From: Phoronis australis
Lineage: Eukaryota; Animalia; Phoronida
Length of the DNA stretch: 64,000 nucleotides
Direction: 5' to 3'
NCBI GenBank assembly: GCA_002633005.1
Contig: NMRA01000138.1
Coordinates: 679,963 to 743,962, forward strand
A model generated the notes under the pieces. The model was not told the DNA's origin. It saw only the letters and a program-made list of their open reading frames with translations, and did no database searches. Within the stretch, counting starts at the first letter, position 1; every line of letters starts with the position of its first letter. Made by a program: the position numbers and the translations under genes. Positions 13,501-25,500 of this stretch are shown piece by piece.

Positions 13501-16500
13501 GGGTGTACGGATTTAGTTTGGAGAGATTCAATCTGTGAAACCAGCTTTCTCAATTTTAATGCAACCAGAGATTTCCAGCACATCATTTTCTGAAAAGAGG
13601 TAGTGATATACCTGGTAATTGCTTTGTCAGTGAATTTTGGGCAGTGCTGAATTTGGTGATGCTAACTGTCAATCAAGTGTTGTAAATTGAACACTTAATA
13701 TAAGTTTGATTCACTAGACAGTGTATTCGATATTTTAAAACTTGAAATGCACCATTTTCTGTGGTGTATTTTTACTGGCGAATACATGAAAACTAAATTC
13801 AATGTTGATGAGGCCCTGTCACATTTACTTCCAAAATATTGCTTCTCTCACTCTTTGTTTTTTGAACTTCAAACACTGTATGTAGCTTGTAGTTGATTAA
13901 GTTTGTGGATACATTGACAATTTGTTGTGATTTCATGTGGTCTTATGATGTAACTGCATAACCCTCGTAATGTGGTCGGCTTTAACTAACAGTGGACCAA
14001 ACACTGATTTGTTTGAACGAGCAGGCTTAGCGAATCCACAGTAAATACTCTTTACTTGTTAAAACATGCAAGTAATCAGATTATTAAAACTTTATTTATG
14101 CGTGCCTTGACTCAGTCTCTTGCTTGTAAAGTGCTGCTGCTTACGCCAAGGAGATGAGGTAAACTTTTCGGTATTCTAAGTGGTGTACAGTTGTTCTCAG
14201 TGACGTCAATACTTATTATGATTTTTGCACATTTGTGTCAAATTGTTGGTAAAAGGCTGGCAAAGGACAGCAGAAATATAATTTAGAATTCGGCCAAAAT
14301 CTCAAATGGATCTCAGAACATCTCCTGCATAGGAGCAGATCTGAGAAACACTGTTGTTGTTTGTGTGTTAGTCACTTGTGCTTTGTTGTTATTGTTGTTG
14401 TGATTGTTATTGTTGTTGTTGTTGTTGTTGTTGATGGATTATGGTTAATCAAAATCTAAAATTCACTCAATCTGCAAAGCTCAAGCTTGCCACCAAAGTT
14501 TGCTTTGAAGTCCAAGCATTGCAGCTATGATGCGTGTGGTGTGTACAAAATTCTACTTTTAATGAATTTTGTCTTGTTTGTTGGTTCATTTTAGCCTGAA
14601 CAATCTTTTCTGTTTTTCCTACAACTTCTCTCTCCAAAATAAGTATGTGTTCAGGATATTTTGTAGAAAGTGGACTCGAGTAATTATCGTAATAGCAAAA
14701 AGTGAGTCATTGTACACCGTCACATACTGAATAACTGCCGTACACCACCACCATCTGGTTGATCTGTGCTACCATGTAAAGTTTAATTACCATGTCCTGT
14801 GGTCCAGTGCTTAAATGTGTTATAAAGTGTCTTTATGTCCGTCTCTTATATGAACTAAGACTTTTAAGGGTGATTTTCCTGTAATAAATGTCAGATGCAT
14901 GTTAATGTAACATAAAGAAAATATCCTGGCCATTAATAACATTGACATTTATGTTGTGTCAGCTGGGGTAACCAATCAAAACCCTTCATGATAACAGGAA
15001 GGTAGTCCTGTAATAGTTACTTACATTTTGAGTCATCCTCTATGTGTGTGTTCATTTAGTGATTCTGTGTTGATAGGGGCAGAAAGAAGTTAGAAAAGGC
15101 TCTTCAGCAAGCAAAGGAAGATATCACTTCGCTTACCGAAAAACTTATGCAAGCTCAACAAGGTAACATACATGGATCAGAGAATAATTTCTTTCTGGCG
15201 CATTACTGGTCTTTACTAGGTCCTCGGTGGGAAAAGTATAACATGTGTTTTTAAGAAACTAATTGCGATGTGGTATATAGAAATATATGTCAGAGATTAT
15301 CTTTAACTTTTTTGATAAAAGAACATTTGATGTTTTGTTTCCCCAATGTCTAAGTGACCTTAAGCCAGACTGTGACTAACCTGTCCTATTTAATTCATTA
15401 ATGCTTGTGGCTTAGCCGCTGCTGAAGAAATCCTATTCGCTAATTTCTTTATAAAACATCAATATTAAACATTCAAATCAAAAATCGGAAAATAACTGGG
15501 AGTTGGAGAAATAAAATGTGAATTCCGATCTTCAGAATGGAGCTTTTTGTTAAAAGTTAAATTAAGACTTGTCGGTGATGTCTTATAAGAAAGTCAACAA
15601 TGACGTATGGAAATCATGTCAATCTAACCATTCCATGATCTTAGCACATGCTATAGACTTGACGCTATACAGGAAGACAATTGTTTGTAATGAACTTTTC
15701 TTCACACAGGTTGAAAAAATGTTGATGGAATGTTCTTCTTGGTTATCTGTTATTGATATGTTGGTGCATGACACCAAAAATAAAAGATAAAATTAAAACA
15801 TAACGTGCATTAAAGGACAACAGTTCTGCGTTACATATTGCAAAGTACACGCGAGACACTAGTGACAAAAAATCTTGGCTTATGATATGGAAATATTGAA
15901 TTTTCTCCCTTCATTAAACTTCCAACCTTGTTGACCAATCATTTCAGTTCTCACTAGTAAGGTCATGAGAGTAGTCGTGAAATGCTCAGTCACTTTTCAC
16001 TGGCATGATTTTGCATGATGTCTTAAGACTTTGGTGTCACTATGTACACCTGTGTGTGCATGTGTGACTAGCTACTGCTGGGTGTGTTCTCTAGATGTGA
16101 GGAACTGGTGAGATCGAAAGATCACTTAAAACCTCGCTAAATCACATGATCGAAAGGCAAGTGTTTCATGACTATGCTCAGGACCTTGCGAGCATACCCT
16201 GGCGGCCCGCCTCTTATTGATTGGTCAGTTAATTGGAATGTTGAATTAGGGAAAGAGTTCACTGTTTCTATTCTCCAATTAAAGATTTGATGTCTTGAGA
16301 ATACATAGCATATTTGAAAGTACTCTAAGAAAGCTGAAATGAAAAATATTTCATCTTTTTATTGAATAAATGAATGTGTATGACAGTTTCAAAGCAACTG
16401 AACTCTGCAATTATTTTCTTAATATTTATCTAGACTTGGAAGACAGAGAGGAAAAGATGCAACACATGTTTAAGCAAGTGGAGATTAAGAACATGGAAAT

Positions 16501-19500
16501 TCAGAAGTATAAGACAGCTGCTGAAGTGGCCAAGGTTTGTGTGCGACTCTTGTTTGATATGTCATTTGTGTGCGGCTCTTGTTTGACGTCATTTGTGTGT
16601 GGCTCTTGTTTAGAAAAGGTACCCACTCATCCAAGGCTTTACCACAAACAGGTGGCGCTTTGCACCAGTCACATGGTTTGTCGCTTTATCGCTAAGAGGA
16701 AGAGGAAGGTATATCCCGCCAGAACAAACCTGTTCTCAAAGAACCCATATAATACTCAGGTCAAGTCAAAATGTGTGGTTCATTGTTTCCTCTCGATGAA
16801 TTTTCCAAAAGACCTGATTAAGGGGAATGTATGGAATTGGTGTATTTCGGGGGTTCACTCATATTGACGAGGTGCCCGCAGGTGCGTGTACCAATACATT
16901 ATATAATTGCTGGTAGGCGGTACTTTTTCAACAAGTTTTGCGGAACCTGCGCGAGGTCCAATAGGTCCCTAAACATTTCATCCCTGCTAAGTAGTAAAGG
17001 CCTACTGCACGTACTGGCCTCAACCCCAATTGGTGCACTGGCCGACTTCCTACAGAAAAATCTACCCCACAAAAAAGGTGTGAATTAGCAGAACTGGCAC
17101 CAGCAATAAGGGTGCCAATCTCTCGGCAATTTTCAAGTTCACAATTTATCACACTAGGAAAATACGAGTTTTTAATGAACTCTAAAATCTAAAATCACAC
17201 TAAAATACTTTAAGGAATGAATGAATATTACGTAGTCCTGAAAAGGACTGTTGGGTTGAGTCAAGATAATGCACAAAATTCACAAAAATCGCAACAAGTC
17301 TATCAATGTTGAAGGCTAATAGTCTGCTTGTCTGATTACCCGCTATAAACAAGTGACATGACTGCTTAAAAGCAGCGCTACCTGTTAGTGAAGTGGGGTA
17401 TTACACACAGCGCCACCTGGTTGCTGTAAAGCCTTGGATGAGTGGGTACCGTACCTTTTGCCTCTTGTTTGATGTCATTTGTGTGTGGCTCTTGTTTGAT
17501 GTCATTTACTACTGATTGCCATCTTAACATATTGCATATTGGTACCCGAAGTAAAGCATTTTTTCAAAATATTTTTGCTAGATATCTATGCAAGAACCTT
17601 GTTTGTAAGTGTGTAGGCGGACTTTTTATGTATAGGTGTATATTTATAGACCTGCCTAGTGCTAATGATTCCATGTCAAAATTGCATTGTTCAAATTGGA
17701 ATCTACATAAATCAAGTTAGTCACAGGTATCTGAATCGCCCATTGAAGGAAACAAACTACATTCAATCCAGTGTTTTTGCAGCACGAGATATTGTGGATC
17801 AAGGTTATCTTTTGACTACTGATAAAGATGGGAAGGTTATTGTTGTTGTTGGAAATTATTGTTGCTAAATAACATAAAANCACAATTTATCACACTAGGA
17901 AAATACGAGTTTTTAATGAACACTAAAATCTAAAATCACTCTAAAATACTTTAAGGAATGAATTAGTATTACGTAGTCTTGAAAAGGCCTGTTGGGTTGA
18001 GTCAAGATAATGCACAAAATTCACAAAAATCGCAACAAGTCTATCAATGTTGAAGTCTAATAGTCTGCTTGTCTGATTACCCGCTATAAACAAGTGACAT
18101 GACTGCTTAAAAGCAGCGCTACCTGTTAGTGAAGTGGGGTATTACACACAGTGCCACCTGGTTGCTGTAAAGCCTTGGATGAGTGGGTACCGTACCTTTT
18201 GCCTCTTGTTTGTTGTCATTTGTGTGTGGCTCTTGTTTGATGTCATTTACTACTGATTGCCATCTTAACATATTGCATATTGGTACCCGAAGTAAAGCAT
18301 TTTTTCAAAATATTTTTGCTAGATATCTATGCAAGAACCTTGTTTGTAAGTGTGTAGGCGGACTTTTTATGTATAGGTGTATATTTATAGACCTGCCTAG
18401 TGCTAATGATTCCATGTCAAAATTGCATTGTTCAAATTGGAATCTACATAAATCAAGTTAGTCACAGGGATCTGAATCGCCCATTGAAGGAAACAAACTA
18501 CATTCAATCCAGTGTTTTTGCAGCACGAGATATTGTGGATCAAGGTTATCTTTTGACTACTGATAAAGATGGGAAGGTTATTGTTGTTGTTGGAAATTAT
18601 TGTTGCTAAATAACATAAAATAAATAATTTAGAAATTTTCATTGAACAAGAACAGAGTTCAAGTGCTTTGTTATAATTTTAAAACCTCATCAGTGACAAA
18701 TTTTTGCACCATCATACTCGGATACGTACATTAAACATTTGGAGTCAAAATGACAACTGAAATAACTTCTTGAAAAATTCCCATTGTCTGCCACTTGGAA
18801 TGATTGGACACCAAAAATTGCTTTAGTGCCTCAAATATCTAACAATATTTGTCAATACTTCAAGAAAAATTATCATCATCTTCTACTTTTACTGATATGT
18901 AGTGACACATGATGGGGTATTAATTGCTAAAAACTAACACTGCCTGAAATTATCTAACAATAGGTTACCTTCAGTTGTGCTTGGACCATGTTTGTGACAA
19001 ATAGTTACTTTCATTTTGATACATACGTATTTTTGTTTTACCAGAGGAGTTCTGGTGAGTCTGAAAGTATCCGTGAGGAAATGGACCGCAAAGAAGCTCT
19101 GATAAATGAATTAAAAAAGAAAGTGGATGAACTACAACTTGACCTTGCCCAGAAAGAACATTCCCGTGAGCAGACACAGGCCAAACTAAAGACTGCTACT
19201 GTGGACAGTACTGTAAGTGATTGTGCAGTCTTGTGCAGTAAATTGTTTCACAAACATTTGGAGATATTGGTGTGGCCTTATTCTGGAAAGTTAGTATGAT
19301 AAGTTGAACATGTCCTACTGGCTAAACACTACCTATTGCTTTAAATGAAATTTTCATTTAGTTCAGGATTTAGTGTGACAGATATCAATGAGAAACAATC
19401 GATGTTTCTTATGTTTGTGATTATTGTGATTTTGAGGTACTGCTGATAATGTCAGGTGATGGAATTACAATTTCAGTGTTGTTACATGTTGAAAATGAGG

Positions 19501-22500
19501 CTTTTCTATCAAATTCTTTAAATAACCTCTTTTCAAATCAGAAAATGCTAAAACCAATGCTTCTATTTTTCATGGTAAAATTGCACTGCGAAGCTTTGAA
19601 ACAAGTTTTGATCTTATAAAATGGGGCTCAGCATTAAGCCGGACATGGTCTTTTAAAAAATGAAAATTGGGAAATTTCACTGAACATTGGCATTAACCTG
19701 GACAAGTACGATAGTTGGTTATTAAGGTCACTTTTTGAACATCTGATGGAATTCATAAGGAAACAGATACCATTGTTCTGCAAAACTGCTTGGGATTGTT
19801 TTTAAATGTTAACACTTTCCATGTTAAAAAGGAAATTTTCACTCATCCCCTTTTTGTGCCTGAAAAGTTGCATTTTTTTCTGCGCCTGGATTTCCATCAT
19901 TTGGCATAAAAATTGATATATTCCATTCCATTTCAGCCCTCTGTTGTACCATGCGCAGAAATTTCTGCGCAGAATTCCACTGCACAGATTTCCAGTGTAC
20001 CATGCAGAAATTTCTGCTTTGGAATTCTGTGCAGAAATTTCAAAGCTGGAAGTCTGCGCAGAAATTTCTGCACTGGAACTCTGCGCAGAAATTTCTGCAA
20101 TGGAATATATCAATTTTTATAAAGCCAAAATGATGGAAATCCAGGCGCAGAAAAAATCTGCAATTTTTCAGTGACAAAATGGGAATGATTGGAAATTCCC
20201 TTTTTAAAATGGAAAGTGTTTGTTGAATGTGGAGCTATCAAAAATAGGATTATACATGATTTTTATGTACAATTTTTAAAGTTGCATATAAAACAAAAAT
20301 GAAACGATGATTTAGAATACTGTAACACTGTTTTGGAGATTCTATCTTGAATATTTATGTTTTACAAAATTTGATCACATTATTGATCCTGTTATTTTGG
20401 TATAAAAATTAATGCATCTAATTCTTTTTTGCTAAATTTTCCTAAAAAGCAAAGTCACCTAATTAGTGGCAGATTGGTATACAAAATTAGTCAAAAATCA
20501 CATTCTGCAGAATTTCTACTTTCAGAAAATATATACTTTTGCTCGGTAAATTTCTATAGTTTTGTGTATTAATATTTGGCTAAATAGTTGTCGATATGGT
20601 CCAACATAACCATAATCAAGAACAGTGTTCAAGGGACTGAGTGATTGTCATCACAGTGCTCAAGGGACTGAGTGATTGTCATCACAGTGCTCAAGGGACT
20701 GAGTGATTGTCATCACAGTGTTCAAGGGACTGAGTGATTGTCATCACAGTGTTCAAGGGACTGAGTGACTGTCATCACAGTTTTCAAAGTTCTCCTAATT
20801 AATGAAGATAAATGAACTTCAGTCTTGTTGTTAATGTTTCATAAATCATCACTCTTTGTATGTGTTATTTCCTGAACATGTCTAGCACGTGATACTTTCT
20901 CCTTCAGTCTAAAGTGAAAGAGCTACAAGAACAGTTGCAGACACTTCAAGTAGAGACTGCGGAGGAGAGAAGAGGTAGGTTGTTTACTGCTCTCATTTTA
21001 ACAAAGGTCACAAGAAATACGCATATGTCAGATTGAATGTTGTGTAATCTGCATTTAGTGAATAATGCAATTGAAATCTTTTGCCTTGAGATGGGTGATT
21101 GAAAAGTGATGTTGTGCTATTGAAAAGTGATGTTGTGCTATTGTCTTGGAAGGATTTCTGTTGGTCATGTATTTATGGCATGATCACCTGCATTGTTTGG
21201 GAGTAGTGTCAAAGGTTTAGATAAGATGGATATTGAGGATTTTCATAATTTTATGTATTGTGTTTACAGAGTTTGTGCCTGCGTATCTGTGTAAGGTTTT
21301 TGAATAAGAGTAAAACCAATGAGTAAGATTAATGGCGTGGCAGTGGAAGTAATCTACTGTTGATGTGATTTCAATTCAAGATTAAAGTTACTGTTCCTTG
21401 AGACATCCTGTGTCGCACAGTGGCGACACACAGTGGCGACACACAGTGGCGAGTGTTGAATGCTTTGATGTCATTCTGAATGATCACAAAAATGGAGTCA
21501 AGGAACACTTTTGTTTTGTGTGGTTATACTGAGGTTGAAATGCAGCTCATATGTACTATTTTGGCTTAATAAACAACTTCATTCTTACTTTATCTTACTT
21601 TGACCAACCAGCAGAGCAGTGTTGTACATGCTTTAAGTGTTATTGAGACTGAATATAAACAGGTTGTGAAGCGTCCAGTTTAATTAACATGGAAATAATC
21701 ATTATCACTGAAAAGTACTATCAAGCAAGAAAACTAAACCAGGCAATGAAGCATTCAGTTTAAGCCATTCATTTGCACAAAGGACAACCACCAACTCCTA
21801 TTGAAGCGTGGGTGCATTTTTTTAAGAAAGCATCATTTCGTACAAAATTCCATGCATGCAAGCAAACAAAGTTGGTTTCCATTTACTGATTTTATTATGA
21901 TGACGTAGTTTTAGGCCAGCAAGTTGATTAGAACAAATTACTTGCTTTTATGTCAAGGCTGTGATTGAAAAATGTGAATAATTAGGAACCGTGTGGACGT
22001 TGTAAACCATTGACTGCATTTGACCCTGCTGACCTGCAGCTTGCCGGGTCAGCAGGGTCATGCATCTAAGATACCTCATTTGTTCACTAGCCCTGTTTGT
22101 CATCAGAAACCAACCATTTATGTCCAGGAATCTTGCCCTGGCCTTCTCAACATAATAGTGACTCAAGCAAAGCTTAATATGTGTTAAATGAAAAAAATAA
22201 TTACAAATGGTCTGATACATCAGTTGTACCAGACATGTGCAGGTTGCTCAGGTGGGCTCCTTGCACTGATCACCTGGAACCATTTTAATGCTTTATCAAT
22301 CACAGTTAGAACTGAGCTGAGATGTTAGAGACCTGACTCAATTGTCTAGCAGTGTACCCCAGTTGGACTCACACCCACGAATTTAAGCAAATGAAGTGGA
22401 CACTTGCCCATCTTTGTCACTGCCTCCTCAAGCTAAGCTAATGTGTTAGTTGTAGGAGTCAGTTTTCACACAAAAAATTGTACAAAAAGGAATAGCTGCT

Positions 22501-25500
22501 GAGATCGCTTGACAAAACTTTTCCATTGTCTCTCAACTTCCTTTTATTGGATTTTGTAATTTTTTGTCATCCCTTTATGTCATGATTATTAATTCACATG
22601 ATATTGATTGTGTGACAAGGAATGTTTGACACGTGTCCTGAACTCCTTGTTTGTCTGTACATTACCTGCCTACGTTATTTACTTTTAACTGATTGAGGTC
22701 TGTTGAATATCTGTTGACACACAATTAACCGTGTCTAACCGTGTCACAGCGATGAATGAAGTTGTATGTACACATCTATTGAATTGCTCTAAGCCTAGCC
22801 ATAAACAATCATCTCTCATCACCATCATCAATACTTTTGTAAAACACAGTCATCTGTGATTAGATCTCAACAAGTCTGCATATTTACAAGGCCATGTTGT
22901 TTAATGAAGGGTATGTTTTATTCAGTTAATGCAGTTTTTCTTTCAGTCTACAGTTAACATAGGGCTTAATATATGAAATTAGCATTAAATTTTGATCCTG
23001 TTAATGTTTCCATTTTGTAATTTGTTGACATCAAGAACTATTTTGACTGTGATTTTATTGTGGATGCTTTGAGTTTAGTGAGGTAATGAAGCTGTCAATG
23101 TTAACATGTCTGTTTTTGTCGTATGTTTCAACATTGGGAAATTCTATTATAGATTACTTGTTTAGTTTCGTTATTTTTGTGACAAGCAATGGGTTTGTGA
23201 GCAACACAGGGATACTTGATAAATTGTTAAATTTTCATGGTTTCCATTAGTTAGACCCAAGTGAAATCAAATCTTGCTTTGTGCTTTGACAGTATAATGT
23301 ACTTTTTCACGATAATTCATTACCCTTCCTCATGGTGCTCTGGTACATTTAAAAAGAACAATGGCCTTTTCCAAGACACTGACTTAAGTCATTATTTGAT
23401 TTAAGTCTAAGATTTGTATCAACTTCCAAACTTTGAAACTTCCACATCCAATAAGATAGTCAAAATTAAGACAAAACTTCAGTAAAAAAAATAAGTCTAA
23501 GTTTTAAGATCTTAAAAGGTCTCTTTCTGGAAGACTTGAAATAAATTTAAGTTTATCTTTAAATTTGCTGAAATTTAAGGATTGTCTTAGCTTTTTCTTG
23601 AAACGGGTCCCAGACCGCTAAGTAAGTACCAGACATTATTACTGTCATTATCTTTGAACTAAAATAAAGAGCATAAAAATTTTACACTGTTCAAGAGTAT
23701 ATCTCAAGGTTGTTAAACATGATTCTAGGATGTATTTGATATTGCCATGGAGCACTAGTATCATATACAGACTGCACTGAAATATCTGCATTTATTTGAT
23801 GATCACGCATCTTGTGCTACCCAACGTTAACACTTTTAGTGTATACTGCTAACTACAGAGATCAAAACAAACAGATGATGGAATAATCAAATAAAAATTT
23901 CAGTTACTTGAGGAAAATAAGTTATACTATGTATGTTATTATGTGTACTTGTGTTATTCAGTCGAGTCTCCGCCATTGCAGGAAGGTATAGTATTCAGCA
24001 TGTCAGTCTCTTCAGCAGCGAGTGATTGAAATACTGCAGGGACTCTGTAACTAGCAGTCGCCATCTTGACAATTCACATCCATGTCTGACCAATTCAGTC
24101 AACGATTTTTGATGTCACTACCAAATCTTGGGTGTGTGGTTATATAACTAATGAGCCAAGGAAGTCACAAGAAGGACTTTGGTACTGAAGAAAAACAAAC
24201 AAAAAACACTGCTCTCCCATTCACTAGCTCTAGACTCTGTTTTTTGACACACAACCTTATACTAGGATATATTTTTTACCAAAAGACTTGGCTGCAAAGT
24301 CCAAATTTGGTTGAGAAAATCAAAAAGTAAAATGTAATTTTTGAACAAGCCAACAAAACCATTGTGGCCTGCCAATACTACCAGTAAATGAGTGGAGTAC
24401 ACCCAAAACAGAATAAACGTTTGGTTATTAATCACAGACTTGGTAGAAAGTACAAAACTGTCACCTTTCTATTTTTCAAATCCTGGTTTAACCTTGCTGA
24501 AAATATTGGAAACTTTACCAATTGTTGTTTTTTGACATTTACACAGTACCAAGCTCATTAACAATTGAATAAAATTTCTTGACTTAATTTTTATTGAGAA
24601 ATTTTGATAAAATGAAAGTTACACTTGGCTGCCCTATTATATGCTGGACGCTTGTACCTATTACCATATTTTTATGAAGATGCGCTGTTTTGCGAAGCCT
24701 TTAATCAACCTCAGAAATATTCCTAGTTAGTTCTTATTTGCATAGAAATATGTTATGTTTCTGTGGTTCTTTTGAAGAATGAAATATTGCATACTCATTG
24801 GTATATCAAAAAACCTCAAGATGGCGCTGCATTGTGTAGAGCCTCTGGTGTAGCTTGCGTGCTCAACTCTGTTTTAGAGAAGGATGGCATGTTTGCTTCA
24901 GTGCTGATGACTCTGTATAGTGTGGTGTACTAGACACCAGGAGGTCCGCTGCATGAGTGATTGTTTTTGTGGAGAAAGGTGTGTGCTGTTCTTGTCTGAA
25001 TTTGATATTATCTTTCTTGGCATGCATGTTATCTTGCAAGTGCTCATGGAAGACTTCATTGAAACTCTATACAAAGATTCACTTATAGTGGAAAATCTCC
25101 CATTTGGGACAAAAACATGTTTCTGAGGTGTACAGCACTACTGCAATTTTCACCAAATGTTGTTTAGATTCAGGATAATGGAGAAAAATTTAATATCTAT
25201 TTTTACTATTTTTACTTAGAATTTTGATTTATATAGTCTCTCTTCTCAGCCACATCCTAAATTGGATTGTTTGCACTAATTGCTTGTATAAACGTACGTG
25301 ACATTTGAATAGTTGATGCTAATAAAATAAAAATGTTCATGAAGACTTTTGTGATTTATTTCAGATGTGCGTGTTATGATGGTAAATGCACCTCGTTCAC
25401 CTATCAATTATACATTTATTCTTAGAGTTTGAAATCATTTTAATTGTGTTCTATTTTGTTGATGCTTGAAGCTCTCCTACTTCAGCCTGTCTGAGTTACA

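Noticed and set aside
20622-20787. 31-bp repeats of CRISPR-like length (likewise the arrays at 2450 and 56710)
   Set aside because: Units are contiguous with no unique spacers, there are no cas genes, and the context is a eukaryotic intron.
23363-23613. Tourist/Harbinger-like MITE remnants (also about 40526-40770, 51500-51645 and 5996-6284)
   Set aside because: Ends are too decayed to define TIRs or target-site duplications; noted as probable old repeats only.
25365-25381. 17-nt AG..GT segment (ATGTGCGTGTTATGATG)
   Set aside because: Not a multiple of 3; it shifts the frame into exon 10 and has no other support.
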